64,000 bases of DNA, from contig CAWJTV010000027.1 in NCBI GenBank assembly GCA_963845755.1, positions 192,001-256,000 on the forward strand. Reading direction: 5' to 3'. Below are positions 22,689 through 34,000 of the stretch, one piece after another. The DNA comes from an uncultured Planctomycetota bacterium (GTDB lineage Bacteria; Planctomycetota; Planctomycetia; Isosphaerales; Isosphaeraceae). Each line of letters starts with the position of its first letter. Position 1 is the first letter of the stretch. Made by a program: the position numbers and the translations under genes. Under the pieces are notes generated by a model. It did not search any database. It was given only the letters and a program-made list of their open reading frames with translations, and was not told the origin of the DNA.

Positions 22689-22728
22689 CTCGAAGTGCCC
22701 CAATCTTCTCGGAGCCGTTCTTTCGACC

Positions 22729-23487
22729 TCATGAGGCGGGGGCAACACCCGGTCTTGAACACCGACGCCTCTCGAACGCCACGGCGCCCGCTACTACGAT
22801 CAGGCCGGTGAGAAACAAGGTCAACGTGGCGGGTTCCGGGACCGCGTAGGCCACCGTGAAACCGATCCCGTCGGCCGGTACCTGCTGCACGTCGAGGGAT
22901 AGGGTCGTATCTTGACCGCTCGGTTGGTAGAGGGCCCAGCCCGTGTTCCTCGGATCGCCCGAACCGTCGCTGCTGAAGGTCAGGGTGTTACTGTCAAACA
23001 CCGTCTTCGACGTGAGCCCTCCGAAGTTGTACTCGCCCACCAAGCTTCCGGGCTCGGACACCTTCGCCGTGGTCCCACGCGCCAGCCCAGCAACAACGAG
23101 GAGCAGGTCCGACTTCGCAGGCGGCCCGTTCAGGAAATCGAAGGTGAATGTGTAGTTCTCGTTGGAAGACGTGTTGTTGAAAATATTGAAACGCGTCGTG
23201 TCGGTCCCCCAAGAAAACGGACCCGCCGACTGATTCTGCGCGCCGGTCTGGTCGAAGTAGGTGAGTTGTGAGCCGGGCACGCCAGTCACGCTGACGTTAA
23301 CGGAACCATTGTAGCCTGGCAAGTAATAGTCCCCGGGCAAGTTCGCCGTTCCCGATGCCGGGACCGACAGGTATCCGATGACCTGACCGGCTTGCAGTTC
23401 CGGTTCGTAACACATCACCAGTCCGAGCATGACAACCGCAAATCGCGTCGCTGATCGTGTTGCGGCGCCAGCGGTGCCGTTCCTCAT
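22729..23487 (-). CDS. PEP-CTERM sorting domain protein
   Basis: Signal peptide, then C-terminal VPEPATLTLFLTGL..ERRR. Confidence 0.88.
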   Translation of the reverse strand: MRNGTAGAATRSATRFAVVMLGLVMCYEPELQAGQVIGYLSVPASGTANLPGDYYLPGYNGSVNVSVTGVPGSQLTYFDQTGAQNQSAGPFSWGTDTTRFNIFNNTSSNENYTFTFDFLNGPPAKSDLLLVVAGLARGTTAKVSEPGSLVGEYNFGGLTSKTVFDSNTLTFSSDGSGDPRNTGWALYQPSGQDTTLSLDVQQVPADGIGFTVAYAVPEPATLTLFLTGLIVVAGAVAFERRRCSRPGVAPAS

Positions 23488-23640
23488 CGGAGGTCCTCCG
23501 AGGTTGACTCGCCCGGAAGACTTGATTGCGCGACCGATCGATCTGACCTTGAGCAGCGACATGAAACACCTCCTCGCAATGGGTCGGGATACAGGGTGAA
23601 ACGGCTCGGATCTCAAGCGAGCTAGCGACGTTTTCGCCCT

Positions 23641-23697
23641 CGCTCATGAGAGGAATCGCTGGCGCGGCGAAAAACCCCGCAACCCTGCCCCCGATTT
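23641..23697 (-). promoter_or_regulatory. Conserved upstream motif (copy A), putative ECF promoter
   Basis: Near-identical to 30870-30925. Both lie upstream of minus-strand secreted-protein genes. Confidence 0.55.
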
Positions 23698-23933
23698 ATT
23701 CAGAATTGGGTTTGCTCCCCGACAGGCTCGGTGCAAAGAGGGGTCTCGTGTCGGGCGGGTCATCGCGACAGAACCGACCTGGATGTCGATCGGGGAATGA
23801 AGTTGCGCCGCACCGATCGTCTCGCCAGATCAGGGTATCTGGTCAAGAAAATTATGATTGCAATCCGGGGGGCGAGGCCCGATCATGGATGCGTCAGCCC
23901 GGTCGTTCCTCGCCGTTGAAGGAAGCCGCATTC

Positions 23934-24522
23934 ATGGACCTCGAAGGTTCGGTCACGCGCTGGATCTCTCGGCTCAAGCACGGCGACCGCGCCGCCGCGG
24001 AGGCCCTCTGGCGGGCCTACTTCTACCGCCTCGTCGCCCTGGCCCGCGACCGCCTCCGCGGCGCCCCGGCCGAGCCGCCGACGAGGAGGACATCGCGCTG
24101 GCCGCCTTCGACAGCTTCTACCGCCGCGCCGAACGCGGCCAGTTCCCCAAGCTCGAGGGCCGCGACGACCTCTGGCAGCTCCTGTTCGTCCTCACCGTGC
24201 GCAAGGCCGTCAACCTGACGCGCCGCGAGGCCCGACAGCCCGGCGCGGCGCCCGGGGACGGTCGCCCGGGGAGGAGGCCGAGCTGAACATCGACCTGCTG
24301 CTGGGCACGGAGCCCACTCCCGAGTTCGCGGCCCTGGTGGCCGACGAGTGCCGGCGACTGCTGGATTGCCTGGAGGATGAGACGTTGCACGCCGTGGCGG
24401 TCTGGAAGATGGAAGGCCAGACCAACGCCGCGATCGCCGAACGGCTGGGCTGCGTCGAGTCGACGGTGGAGCGCAAACTGAAGCGCATCCGCGAACTCTG
24501 GGCCCGAGAGGGGATTACATGA
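23934..24522 (+). CDS. ECF-type sigma factor, frameshifted
   Basis: GSVTRWI..AAEALWRAYFYRLVALAR..ADEEDIALAAFDSF..DDLWQLL..IAERLGCVESTVERKLKRIR. The stop overlaps the kinase ATG. Confidence 0.88.
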
Positions 24523-27500
24523 GCGGTTCGACCCCGACCGAGGAAGGGGACCGCTCGCCCTCGCTGGGCGGACGGGTGGAGGCGATGTGCGACCGCTTCG
24601 AGGCCGCCTGGAAGGCGGGCCGGCGGCCGGCGATCGAGGATTACCTCGGTGCCGTGTCCGAGTCGGGTCAGACGGCGCTGTTCCGCGAGCTGCTGGTGCT
24701 GGACCTCAACTACCGCGACCGGGTCGGGGATCGCTCGACGCCGGAAGACTACTCGGGGCGGTTCCCGGAGCATGCCGAGCTGATCGCGGCTGTTTTCAGC
24801 GACCAGATCATCACCCGGAGGGAGGGTTCCGTTGAAAGTCCCGACGTCACGCCGGTGCGCCCGGCGGGCGACGCGACCTCCGCGAGCCCGCGGTACCAGA
24901 TCCGCGAATCCCATGCCCGGGGCGGGCTGGGCGAGGTCTTCAAGGCCCACGATCAGGAGCTGCGCCGCGTGGTCGCCCTGAAGCGGATGCAGGCAGGCCA
25001 CGCCGACAGCCCGGAGAGCCGGGCGCGGTTCGTGCGCGAGGCCGAGATCACCGGCCGGCTGGAGCACCCGGGGATCGTCCCGGTCTATGGCCTGTGCCGC
25101 GACCCCGACGGCCGCCCGTATTACGCCATGCGGTTCATCGAGGGCAAGACCTTCAAGGAGGCGATCCAGCAGTTTCACAAGGCCGAGAGCCCTGGCCGCG
25201 AACCGGGCGGGCGGATCCTGGCGCTGCGGAAGCTGCTGCGGCACTTCCTCGACGCCTGCGACGCGGTGGGTTTCGCGCATAGCCGTGGGGTGCTGCACCG
25301 GGACCTGAAGCCGGCGAACATCATGCTGGGTCCCTACGGCGAGACGCTGGTGGTCGATTGGGGGCTGGCCAAGCCGGTCGGTCGCCCCGAGGAGGCGTCG
25401 CACACGGAGGAGGAGACCCTGCGACCCGATTCGGACGGCCTGGGCAACGTGACGCGCCCGGGCGACACGCCGGGCACTCCGGCCTACATGAGCCCGGAGC
25501 AGGCCGCGGGCGACCTCGACCGGCTCGGTCTGCCCTCCGACGTGTACAGCCTGGGGGCCACGCTGTACAGCCTCCTGACCGGTAAGCCGCCGTTCGAGGG
25601 TCGCGACCTCGCCGTCGTCCTGGAAAACGTGAGGAAGGGCGAATTCCCGCGGCCCCGGCAGGTTAACCGGAACATCGACCCGGCATTGGAGGCGATCTGC
25701 CTGAAGGCGATGGCCTTGAGGCCGGAGGATCGGTATACCACGCCCGGCGCGCTGGCCGAGGACCTCCATCGCTGGCTCGCCGACGAGCCGATCGTCGCCT
25801 GGCGCGAGCCGTGGTCGGTCCGGGCGCGGCGGTGGACCCGGAGGCACGGTCATCAGGTCGCCATCTCCTTCCTCCTTCTCCTCCTCCTGGCCGTCGTCGT
25901 CGCCGCCGCCGGGTGGACCTTGAATGAGCGCAAGAATGCGGAGATCGCGACTCGCAAGGCCGATCATGAGGCCACCCTGGCCACCCACGAAGCCGCCTCG
26001 CAACAGTATCACGCGATCCTCAACAGGATTCGGGCCAACCGGGGCCGGGTCGGCTGGACCCAGACCGGGCTCGACGACATCAGGAGGGCCGCGGAACTCG
26101 ACACGACATCCAGGGATCCCTCGGAGCTGAGGAACGAGGCCGCGGACTGCCTGATGGCGGTGGATGTGCGCCGATCCACCGTCCTGGGCGAGCGCTTCGA
26201 CGTCGGCCGGCTGGCATTCAGCCCCGACGGCAAAGTCATCGCGCTCGCCGAAAAAGAGGCAAACTCCCTTCTTTTTTTCGGACGTGTCCGCGTGATCGAC
26301 ATGGAAAATCTGACTGAGATTAAATTATTAAAATACAAAGAATTATATAATATCGCTGGGATTTCCCGCCCGGAGGGACGCGAGCGCGTCCTCAGCCTGG
26401 CCTTCTCCCCCGATGGTCGTCGGCTGGCCCTGGGGATGAGACTCGGCCGCGTGTGGCTCTGGGAGTGGGACCAGCCCGACCCTCCGCCCGTCGTGTGGGC
26501 GCGCATCGGAAATTCGCCGAAACTCTCGAGTTCGACCGGGATGGCAAGACGCTGTGGACCGGCTCGGGAGATGCCGTTGTGAAGCGATGGGACATCGCCG
26601 TGGGAACGCGGGAAACGCCGAGAGAAGTCGCCACATTCGATCTCAACAACATAAGTCCTGGTGACGCCAGGGTGCGCGACCTGGTGCTTGGCCAGGGTAC
26701 CCTGTGGGTGTCGTACGGCTGGGGCGAGTCCGAAACGGTCGCGACTCTTGATCCTCAGACCCTCAAACCCGACGAGGCGCAGGTCAAACGCAAAGGTAGC
26801 CTCTTGCTCGGCGTTCGACTCTGCCTCAGCCCCGATCTCAAGACGCTCGCTGGCGCGACGAAGAATATGATCCGCTTGATGGACGCGCAGAGCGGCGCGA
26901 GGTTCAGGGACCTGGTCAACACGAGCATCGATATCAGCCATGATCTCGACGACGCCGGGGACCACCAGGCGTTGCAGTTCAGCCCCGACGGCAGCCTCCT
27001 GGCATCTTGCCGGGGACGCGACGGCTACGTCGGACTCTGGGACGTCGCAGGGGCACGGGTCGTGGCAAGGATCCCGATGCTCAACAAGGCGGGTTGCAAT
27101 AGCGCCTTCAGCCCGGACGGCCGCTATCTTGCGGTGCCCCGAGAACAGGGCGTCGTCCTCTACGAACTCCTTGGCCGTGACATCGCCCGGACGGCGGCGC
27201 AGAACCAGTCGTGCGTGAGCGACTTCGACTGGTCTCCCGACGGCCATGCTCTCGCCTGGATCGCCGACGATGGCCGCCAGTTCGAGGTGACCGTCGCCCC
27301 GGTGTTCCGGCGCGGCGAGCCGGTCAGGAAATCCTTCCCCAAGTCCGGCTTCCCCCCAGAGGGGCCTCACATCGCGTTTCATCCCAAGGGGTCGGTCGTG
27401 GCTTTTTACACGGGGAGAGACGCGTATCTCTGGGACTACGGTCGAGGCGATGCTCCCACGCGGATCTCCGCGGGCTTCGTCGGCCCGCTGGCGTTCTCAC

Positions 27501-28237
27501 CCGACGGTTTGCGGCTCTGGGGCCTCGCAACCAAGGGAAGTGTCGATTCCTGGACGTTATTGCCCGCGATCCGGGTGACCCACTGGGCGGACACCAGTGG
27601 GACGTTGTCGGGCTTGATCGAGACCAGTCGATTGACCAGGCTCGAGGCCGTGAGCGGATTCGAAGGGTTAAACGGGTTGAGCGCCGACGCTCGCTGGGTC
27701 CTCGCAGCGGGCAATGACGGCCGGGACAGGCTCCTGGATGCCCGGGACGGGACACTCCGGGCGATGTGGCATGACGAGGGCGACTTCTTGGTGAATCCCG
27801 GGGTCGACCCGGTGCGCAGCGTCGCGCTGAGTCCCGACGGAATCCTCGGGGCCTCGGGGATGCAATCGGGCCGGATCTGGCTGCGGCGGGTCCCCGACGG
27901 CGAGGAAGTGGCCGCACTCGACAAGCACCAAGGGGCCGTCGACGCCCTCGCCTTTCAACCCGACGGCCGCCTGCTGGCCTCGGGCTCCCGCGACGGGACG
28001 ATTCGGCTCTGGCGGCCTGTCGGCAAGAACTGGTCCGAGGTCCTCATGCTCCGGACGCCGGGAAGCCCCGTCCGCCGCCTCCGGTTCAGTCCCGACGGCA
28101 CCAAGCTGGCGGTGCTGTTCCGTAGCGAGACGGCCGTCCGGATCTGGGACATCGCCTCCTTGCGCATCCGACTGGCGGCGATGGGTCTGGATTGGGACAA
28201 AGATGCGAGGCCCGTCCCGGAAGGGCGCGTGGAATAG
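24519..28237 (+). CDS. Ser/Thr kinase with TM helix and WD40 repeats, frameshift near 26505
   Basis: ARGGLGEV, VALKRM, HRDLKPAN, DWGLAK and GTPAYMSPE, then many FSPDG / IRLW WD40 motifs. Confidence 0.9.
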
Positions 28238-28605
28238 TCGAAGCGGAGTTCGCGGTCCGTGGGAACTGGGCTGATGGCGACACCCGCGTGTGACCACGAT
28301 TGTGGTCCCGCCTCGACCCCGTCGAGCCGCACCGAGGCGCTGTCGCCATGACGAAGCTCCGGTTCGGGGACGGCACTTCGGAGGAACCACCCCTCAGCCC
28401 GGTGGTCGAAGGAGGGTTCTTCAAGAGCTCAGAACCCTCGGTGACCTCACGAGCGGACAGAGAACCCGCGAGTGGTATGGGCGACGTTCAACCTGCGGGC
28501 TGACGCGACGCGCGAAAACCCCGCTCGGCTCCCCGACGGTCGAGGCCCACGAAGGGAAGCCGCTCGATCGTGCGGAGAGCCGGGAGGTTTTCGAGGCCCC
28601 CGCGC

Positions 28606-30402
28606 TCAAATCTTCGTCCTACAAGATGCTGGTAAGTAGCCGACGTCTGACGGGTTGTAAAAGGCCCAGTCGTCTGCGCCGACGCCAACAAAGACGTTTG
28701 TAGAATTGTTGCCTGTAACGGTACTCGTGTTGAGCGCGTAATACCCAGACCCGATAGCGGGGGAGCTGAATTCCGTGTAGGCATATTGCAAGGATTGGGC
28801 ATTGTTGACCAGATCCCACTTGGTGCCGATGGCGGTGAGCTGGTATAAATTATAGTCGTAAATTGTGGTACCGGCAATCATAAGATCATAACCGCCACCG
28901 GCGATGAGGATGTCAGTCCCCGAGCCCCCGATCATCACGTCGTTCCCCGTGACGCCGCCTTCCAGGACGTTGGTTCCCGTGCTGCCGCCGACCAGGACGT
29001 CGTTTCCTGAGCCGGCGGTGAGGGTATTGGTGCCGGGCCCGGGAGAACCAAGCACGTTGTTGATGCCACTGATTGCCGCCGTGCCGGTCGCGCTCGGCGT
29101 GGATGTGGTCAGGTTGACCGTGACGGCGTTGAGAGAGCCAGCGGGCCCGACGTAACTGTTGTAGTTCAACCAGTCATGACCGCTCTGACCGACGAGCGTC
29201 AGGGGGTGTACTGAGGATCGGCCGCTATTGTCGAACATGCCAAACGTGGTGCCGCCGGCGCCTCCAATGAGCATGGTCGGCGTTTCGATGTTTTGCACGT
29301 AGAACACATCACTGTTCGGGCCGCCGTTGATTGTCACAAGGCCCGCCGTGCCGATCCCAAAGTAGTCGATCGTGGCCGGCGGAGTGCTAGTCCCGTAGTC
29401 GTGGCGGACGAGCGAGTCTGACCCGACCTGGTAGGTATTGGTGTTAGCGCTGCTATTACTATCGTCGATGTTAACCTGGTCCGCTGGGCCTCCGAAGATC
29501 TGCACAGGAGCGGCGATATCATCCAGCGACCCCGTGTAGGGAGGGAGGAGCGAAGAACCCGGGATAGGGTATGTCGAGTAAGCGGCGTTGCCGAGATTGA
29601 AGGTGTCAACGCCGGCCGTATCGTTAGCGAGAAGGACGCTCGTACCGACTGAAGTGCTGAACACATTGAATACCGTCCCGCCCCGCGAGTTGGGAGCTAG
29701 GTCGATGACTCTCACAAGCCCGATCCCGGTGTTGCTGAAACTTAAATTAGAAATATTGTCATCTGTATATGTATTAGTAAAATTAATATCACCGGCAAAA
29801 ATATCAAATTGACTACTATTAACGCCATTAAAAATAGAAACCTGATCCTCGACGCTCGCATTGGATTCGCTAATGCTCACAGGGAACTGGACGGGTAGCG
29901 AAGAACCCGTAAAAAACACAAACCCTGGGCTACCGCCGCCCTTGGGAATCGTGCCCGTAAAGATCGTCCCCTCGTCGACGAAGACGAGGCTCTGTCCATT
30001 AGCCGGTGTGTCGAGACTAACGTCGATCGAGCTGATAACTTGGGATGGGACAGATTGATCATAAGTCTGATCGAGTCCGCTGATATCCTTAATGTGAACA
30101 TAATCTGATGAATATGTATACCACTTATTAACCGAATCATCGTAGTAGTGCTCTGTCACTTCGTAAGCCGAGATCGTCAAATCGTCATCCTCGGGAGTAG
30201 TGACGGGTTGACCATTCGGCAGAGTGTGAGTGTTGCCGCCCTGGTACGTCAAGACGCCGTTGCTCAGACTGAGGGTGGACATCAGCGTCCTGCCCTCCAT
30301 GGTTTCCACCTGGGGCCGCCATTGCGGCTTGGCGTGTTTCCGCGAACGCTGGCTGCGGGCCGAAAGCTGACCGAACAGCTTCTGAAGTCGTAGGGAACGC
30401 AT
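28606..30402 (-). CDS. Planctomycete extracellular protein with RTX-like Ca-binding C-terminus
   Basis: Basic N-terminus with LExR-type motif VETMEGRTLMS, a Gly/Asn/Thr-rich body, and GSGNDVL / GGSGTDIL repeats. Confidence 0.75.
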   Translation of the reverse strand: MRSLRLQKLFGQLSARSQRSRKHAKPQWRPQVETMEGRTLMSTLSLSNGVLTYQGGNTHTLPNGQPVTTPEDDDLTISAYEVTEHYYDDSVNKWYTYSSDYVHIKDISGLDQTYDQSVPSQVISSIDVSLDTPANGQSLVFVDEGTIFTGTIPKGGGSPGFVFFTGSSLPVQFPVSISESNASVEDQVSIFNGVNSSQFDIFAGDINFTNTYTDDNISNLSFSNTGIGLVRVIDLAPNSRGGTVFNVFSTSVGTSVLLANDTAGVDTFNLGNAAYSTYPIPGSSLLPPYTGSLDDIAAPVQIFGGPADQVNIDDSNSSANTNTYQVGSDSLVRHDYGTSTPPATIDYFGIGTAGLVTINGGPNSDVFYVQNIETPTMLIGGAGGTTFGMFDNSGRSSVHPLTLVGQSGHDWLNYNSYVGPAGSLNAVTVNLTTSTPSATGTAAISGINNVLGSPGPGTNTLTAGSGNDVLVGGSTGTNVLEGGVTGNDVMIGGSGTDILIAGGGYDLMIAGTTIYDYNLYQLTAIGTKWDLVNNAQSLQYAYTEFSSPAIGSGYYALNTSTVTGNNSTNVFVGVGADDWAFYNPSDVGYLPASCRTKI

Positions 30403-30869
30403 GGTCGTCCTTCTTTCGTTGCTTGAGGTCTGCGGCTGTCAATCGTCTCATGTCGGCCAGGACACGACGCGTGGCCTGGCCATTCAGGACCGCGGGGAGT
30501 CACCGCACGCCGGATGGGCGCACCCCGAACGGGGGTGCCCGATCACGACACGCCTTCCGGTTCCGCCGAGCCGGCGGAAGACCCTTCGACCCAACGCGAG
30601 CGAATCCTCCCCATCAGGGCCGGGAGCCCGACCCCGTCCGGGTCACTCGCCGGCGGCCGGCCATTTGATGTTGGGTGCGGGGTTGCGCGGGGCTTGAACG
30701 CCGGCGCCGAACCCCAGGAACCGGGCGAATCGCCGCTGGCGGTGGCGGGCATACCAAGCTTGCCGAGCCCGATCCCTCGTCCGCCTCGCCCGTGTCGCGT
30801 CCATCGTAGGTGCCCTCTCCGAGTGGGACGCCGGCCCGCCGGCCACCCGGCGATCGTGTCTGCGTCCCA

Positions 30870-30925
30870 CGCTCACAGAGGAACTCGCTGGCGCGGCGAA
30901 TCACCCCGCAAGCCAGTCCCGATTT
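30870..30925 (-). promoter_or_regulatory. Conserved upstream motif (copy B), putative ECF promoter
   Basis: GAGGAACTCGCTGGCGCGGCGAATCACCCCGCAA versus GAGGAA-TCGCTGGCGCGGCGAAAAACCCCGCAA at copy A. Confidence 0.55.
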
Positions 30926-31060
30926 TTTTCGAGGATGGCAAACCGGGAATCCGGTGGGCCTCGCCTTGATGAATCGAGGCTCGACCCGTCCTACGACCAT
31001 CCGGCGAACTTCTCGTACACTCGCTGAGCTCTGAACCGTCGGGTTGAGGGAAGGCCGAGA

Positions 31061-34000
31061 TCAAGCTGCTTCGGTCTGCGGCGTGTCCGAGGCCGCGCGC
31101 CTTCGCCTTGGCCGCCAGAGGACGATCTTCCGGATCGGCCAGGCCACGATCATCAACACCCCGACGGCATAAGCCCCCGGCAACACGGCCAGATACCAGC
31201 CCGACCCACTGTAATGCTCGATGGCCGGCATCGTGCGCATGTCCAGCCAGAGCCAGGTGACCGCGGTCGCCAGCGACGCCAGGACCGTGAGGCCGGCCAG
31301 GAGCGCCAGTCGCTTCCATCGTCGCTTGATCACGCCCACGCCGACGAACGCCGCGAGGGTCACGATCGGAGTCCCGGCCAGCGTGCCCAGCGTGAACAGG
31401 CCCCGGGATGAGAACACATACGGGGCCGGGAGTGTGGGGATCAGGGGCTCGAGGGCCACGAACGCGGTCAGCGGGATCGCGGCGGCGACCGGCAAGGCCA
31501 TCAGGAGCCGCATGGTCCAGGGCCGCCGCCGCGCCGCCATGCGAAGGATTCCCAGGGGCAACAGCACGTTCAACAGCGCCAGGCAAATCACGCCGGGCAA
31601 GGCCGTGGCCGTGGCGTCGTAGTTCCAGGCGAGGATCCAGGGGAGCGGGCGGGTCCAGCGCGGGTCGTTCCGGGCCAGGCCGGGCGGCACCGGGGTACCC
31701 TGGACCGGCGCGTACGCACCCGTCGGCGTGGTGGGCAGGGCCGATCGGCAGACGGTCGCGCCGAGCCCGGTCGTCAGGAAACGCGGCAACCGCGCCGGAT
31801 CGCCCCGATCGAGGAGATTCGTCTGGAAGAGACTCCACGCCCAGTGTTGCGGCGAGTGGCCGGCCCATCGCGGATGCCCGTCGGCTCCGTCGAGACCTAC
31901 CGGGGGACGGACAAGGACCGTGCCCGACTGGCCGCCCGACCCGGGGAGGATCTCGTCAAGCTGGGCGTGGGGTTGTGGCGTGGACCAGGATTCCTTCAGG
32001 TCGCGCGTCAACACGTGAAGCCGGTCGTCGTACCAGACCAGCAGCTCGTCGCGGCCGTCCCCGTTGACGTCGGCGACCCTCGAGAGGTTCGAGTTCTGGG
32101 GGAGTTCGCGGCTCCGGATTTCCTTGCCGTTTCCATCCAAGATGAGAATGCGGCCCCGGCCCTTGGGATCGATATCGTTCAGACAGACGTTCGGCGGCCC
32201 GTCACCCTCGAAATGCGCAAGGCGGAGCCATGCGTAAGCCGCGGGCATCGCCTGTTCCGGGGCACCGCCGTTCCAGGTCCAGCGGACCGTACCGTCGCGG
32301 CCCTCCAGCGCCTTGATCGCGAACGCCTGCAGTTCCCCGGCCGCCGGCTGCTCAGTGACGACGACTTCGGGCCGGTTGTCCCCGTCCAGATCGGCGACGG
32401 CGAGCTGAGGACTATTCTGGAAGGGGTTCTTGAAGTCGAGACGGAGCGACCAGAGCAAACGGCCGTCGCGGAGCGAGACCGCCTTCAGCTCATGGTCGAG
32501 GTTCCCGGTTCCGGGCGAACCGAGGACGGCCATCACGACGTCGAGGGCGCCGTCGCCGTCCAGGTCGCCGAAGCCGGGCGGGGCGACATATCCCACTTGA
32601 TTCGCCTCTTGCTGCTCGCTGAGGGGGATGTCCCAGAGGATTCGTCCATCGCGTCCCGAGACGCGTGCCAGCCGGGGCTTGGTGGGGCCCGCCGGAGCCG
32701 TCATCGGACGTGACGGCAGGAACGGGCTACCGTGCCGCACGAAGACGTCCGGGGCGCCGTGCGGTTCGACGATGCGCGCCTCGACCCATTGGATGATCGA
32801 GTAACCGTACGCCTGGAATCCCAGCGGCAAGGGGCCCGCCGACCAGAGCCATCGTCCGGTGCGGCCGGAGAGCACCTGGAGGGGCAACGTCGCGGCCTGC
32901 TTGATTTCCAGTGTCCCGGGCTGTCCCGGGTATTTCTGCACGAACACCTCGGGCGTCCCATCGCCGTCGAGGTCGCCGGCCGGAAGCGGCTGGGTGGTCA
33001 GGTTGTAAGACTGTCCATGGTCGCGTTCGTACCAGATCCGCCGGGGATCGAGGTCGGTCTTCCAGAGGATGCGCCCGTCGCGGCCCGAGCGGGCGACGGC
33101 CGTCCGGCTGCCCGACGGCCCACTCGCCGATGCGCCGACCTGTCGGAATCCCTCGTCGAGAGACGGACCCAACGCGTGGCTGGCGATGGCATCCATCGCC
33201 GTCTGGTAGGGGGCCTTGGGAGTGGAGATCAGCGTATCGGCGATGCCGTCGCCATCCAGATCGGCGGCCGGTGGGACGAAGTCCGTGGCCCACCGAGGAT
33301 ACTCGCGGGCCGCGGCGAATGAACCGAGGGCGCGCCAGGCTTCGGGCGCCTCGCCGCGGAACGCCCGGAGCTGTCCGTCGGCCTCACCCCAGAGGTCGGT
33401 GATGCCGTCGCCGTCCAGGTCGTCGGTGCCGGCCTTGCCCAGCCCGACGGCCGTGGAGACGATCCGCCCCGTCGAGGCCTCCAGGTTCTGGACGATCGGC
33501 GGAACGGCGTTGGGATCGAAGCCGAAGGACGAACCCTGGCCGCCGATGGGAACGGCCAGCAGCGGCCAGCCGTCGGGCCCGCGGCCCCACCAGCGGAGCG
33601 GCCAGATCCGCGCGGACTTATCGGTCGGATGATCCTGGTGCCACCACCAGAGCGGACGGCCGTCCTTCCCCGAGAACGCGTCCACGTAGCTCCGCTCCGG
33701 TACCGGTGGCGTCCCATTGTTGGTGGTGATCAGGTATCGGCCCAGGAAGAACGAGGTCGTGACCAGATCGCGGACACCGTCGTGGTCGAGGTCGGGCGCA
33801 TCGAGGATCTGCAACAGCCCATCCGCGCCCTTGGTCTCCGGGCGCATCGGCCGGACCCATCGCGTCCGCCCGGAAGGACCGTCCAGCATCCGCACGCCCC
33901 GGTAGCCATCTCCGGGCGGCATCGGGCCGGTGTCGGGGACCACGACCTCGGATCGGCCGTCGCCGTCGAGGTCGACGACCAGGGGCCAATCCGGCTGCGT

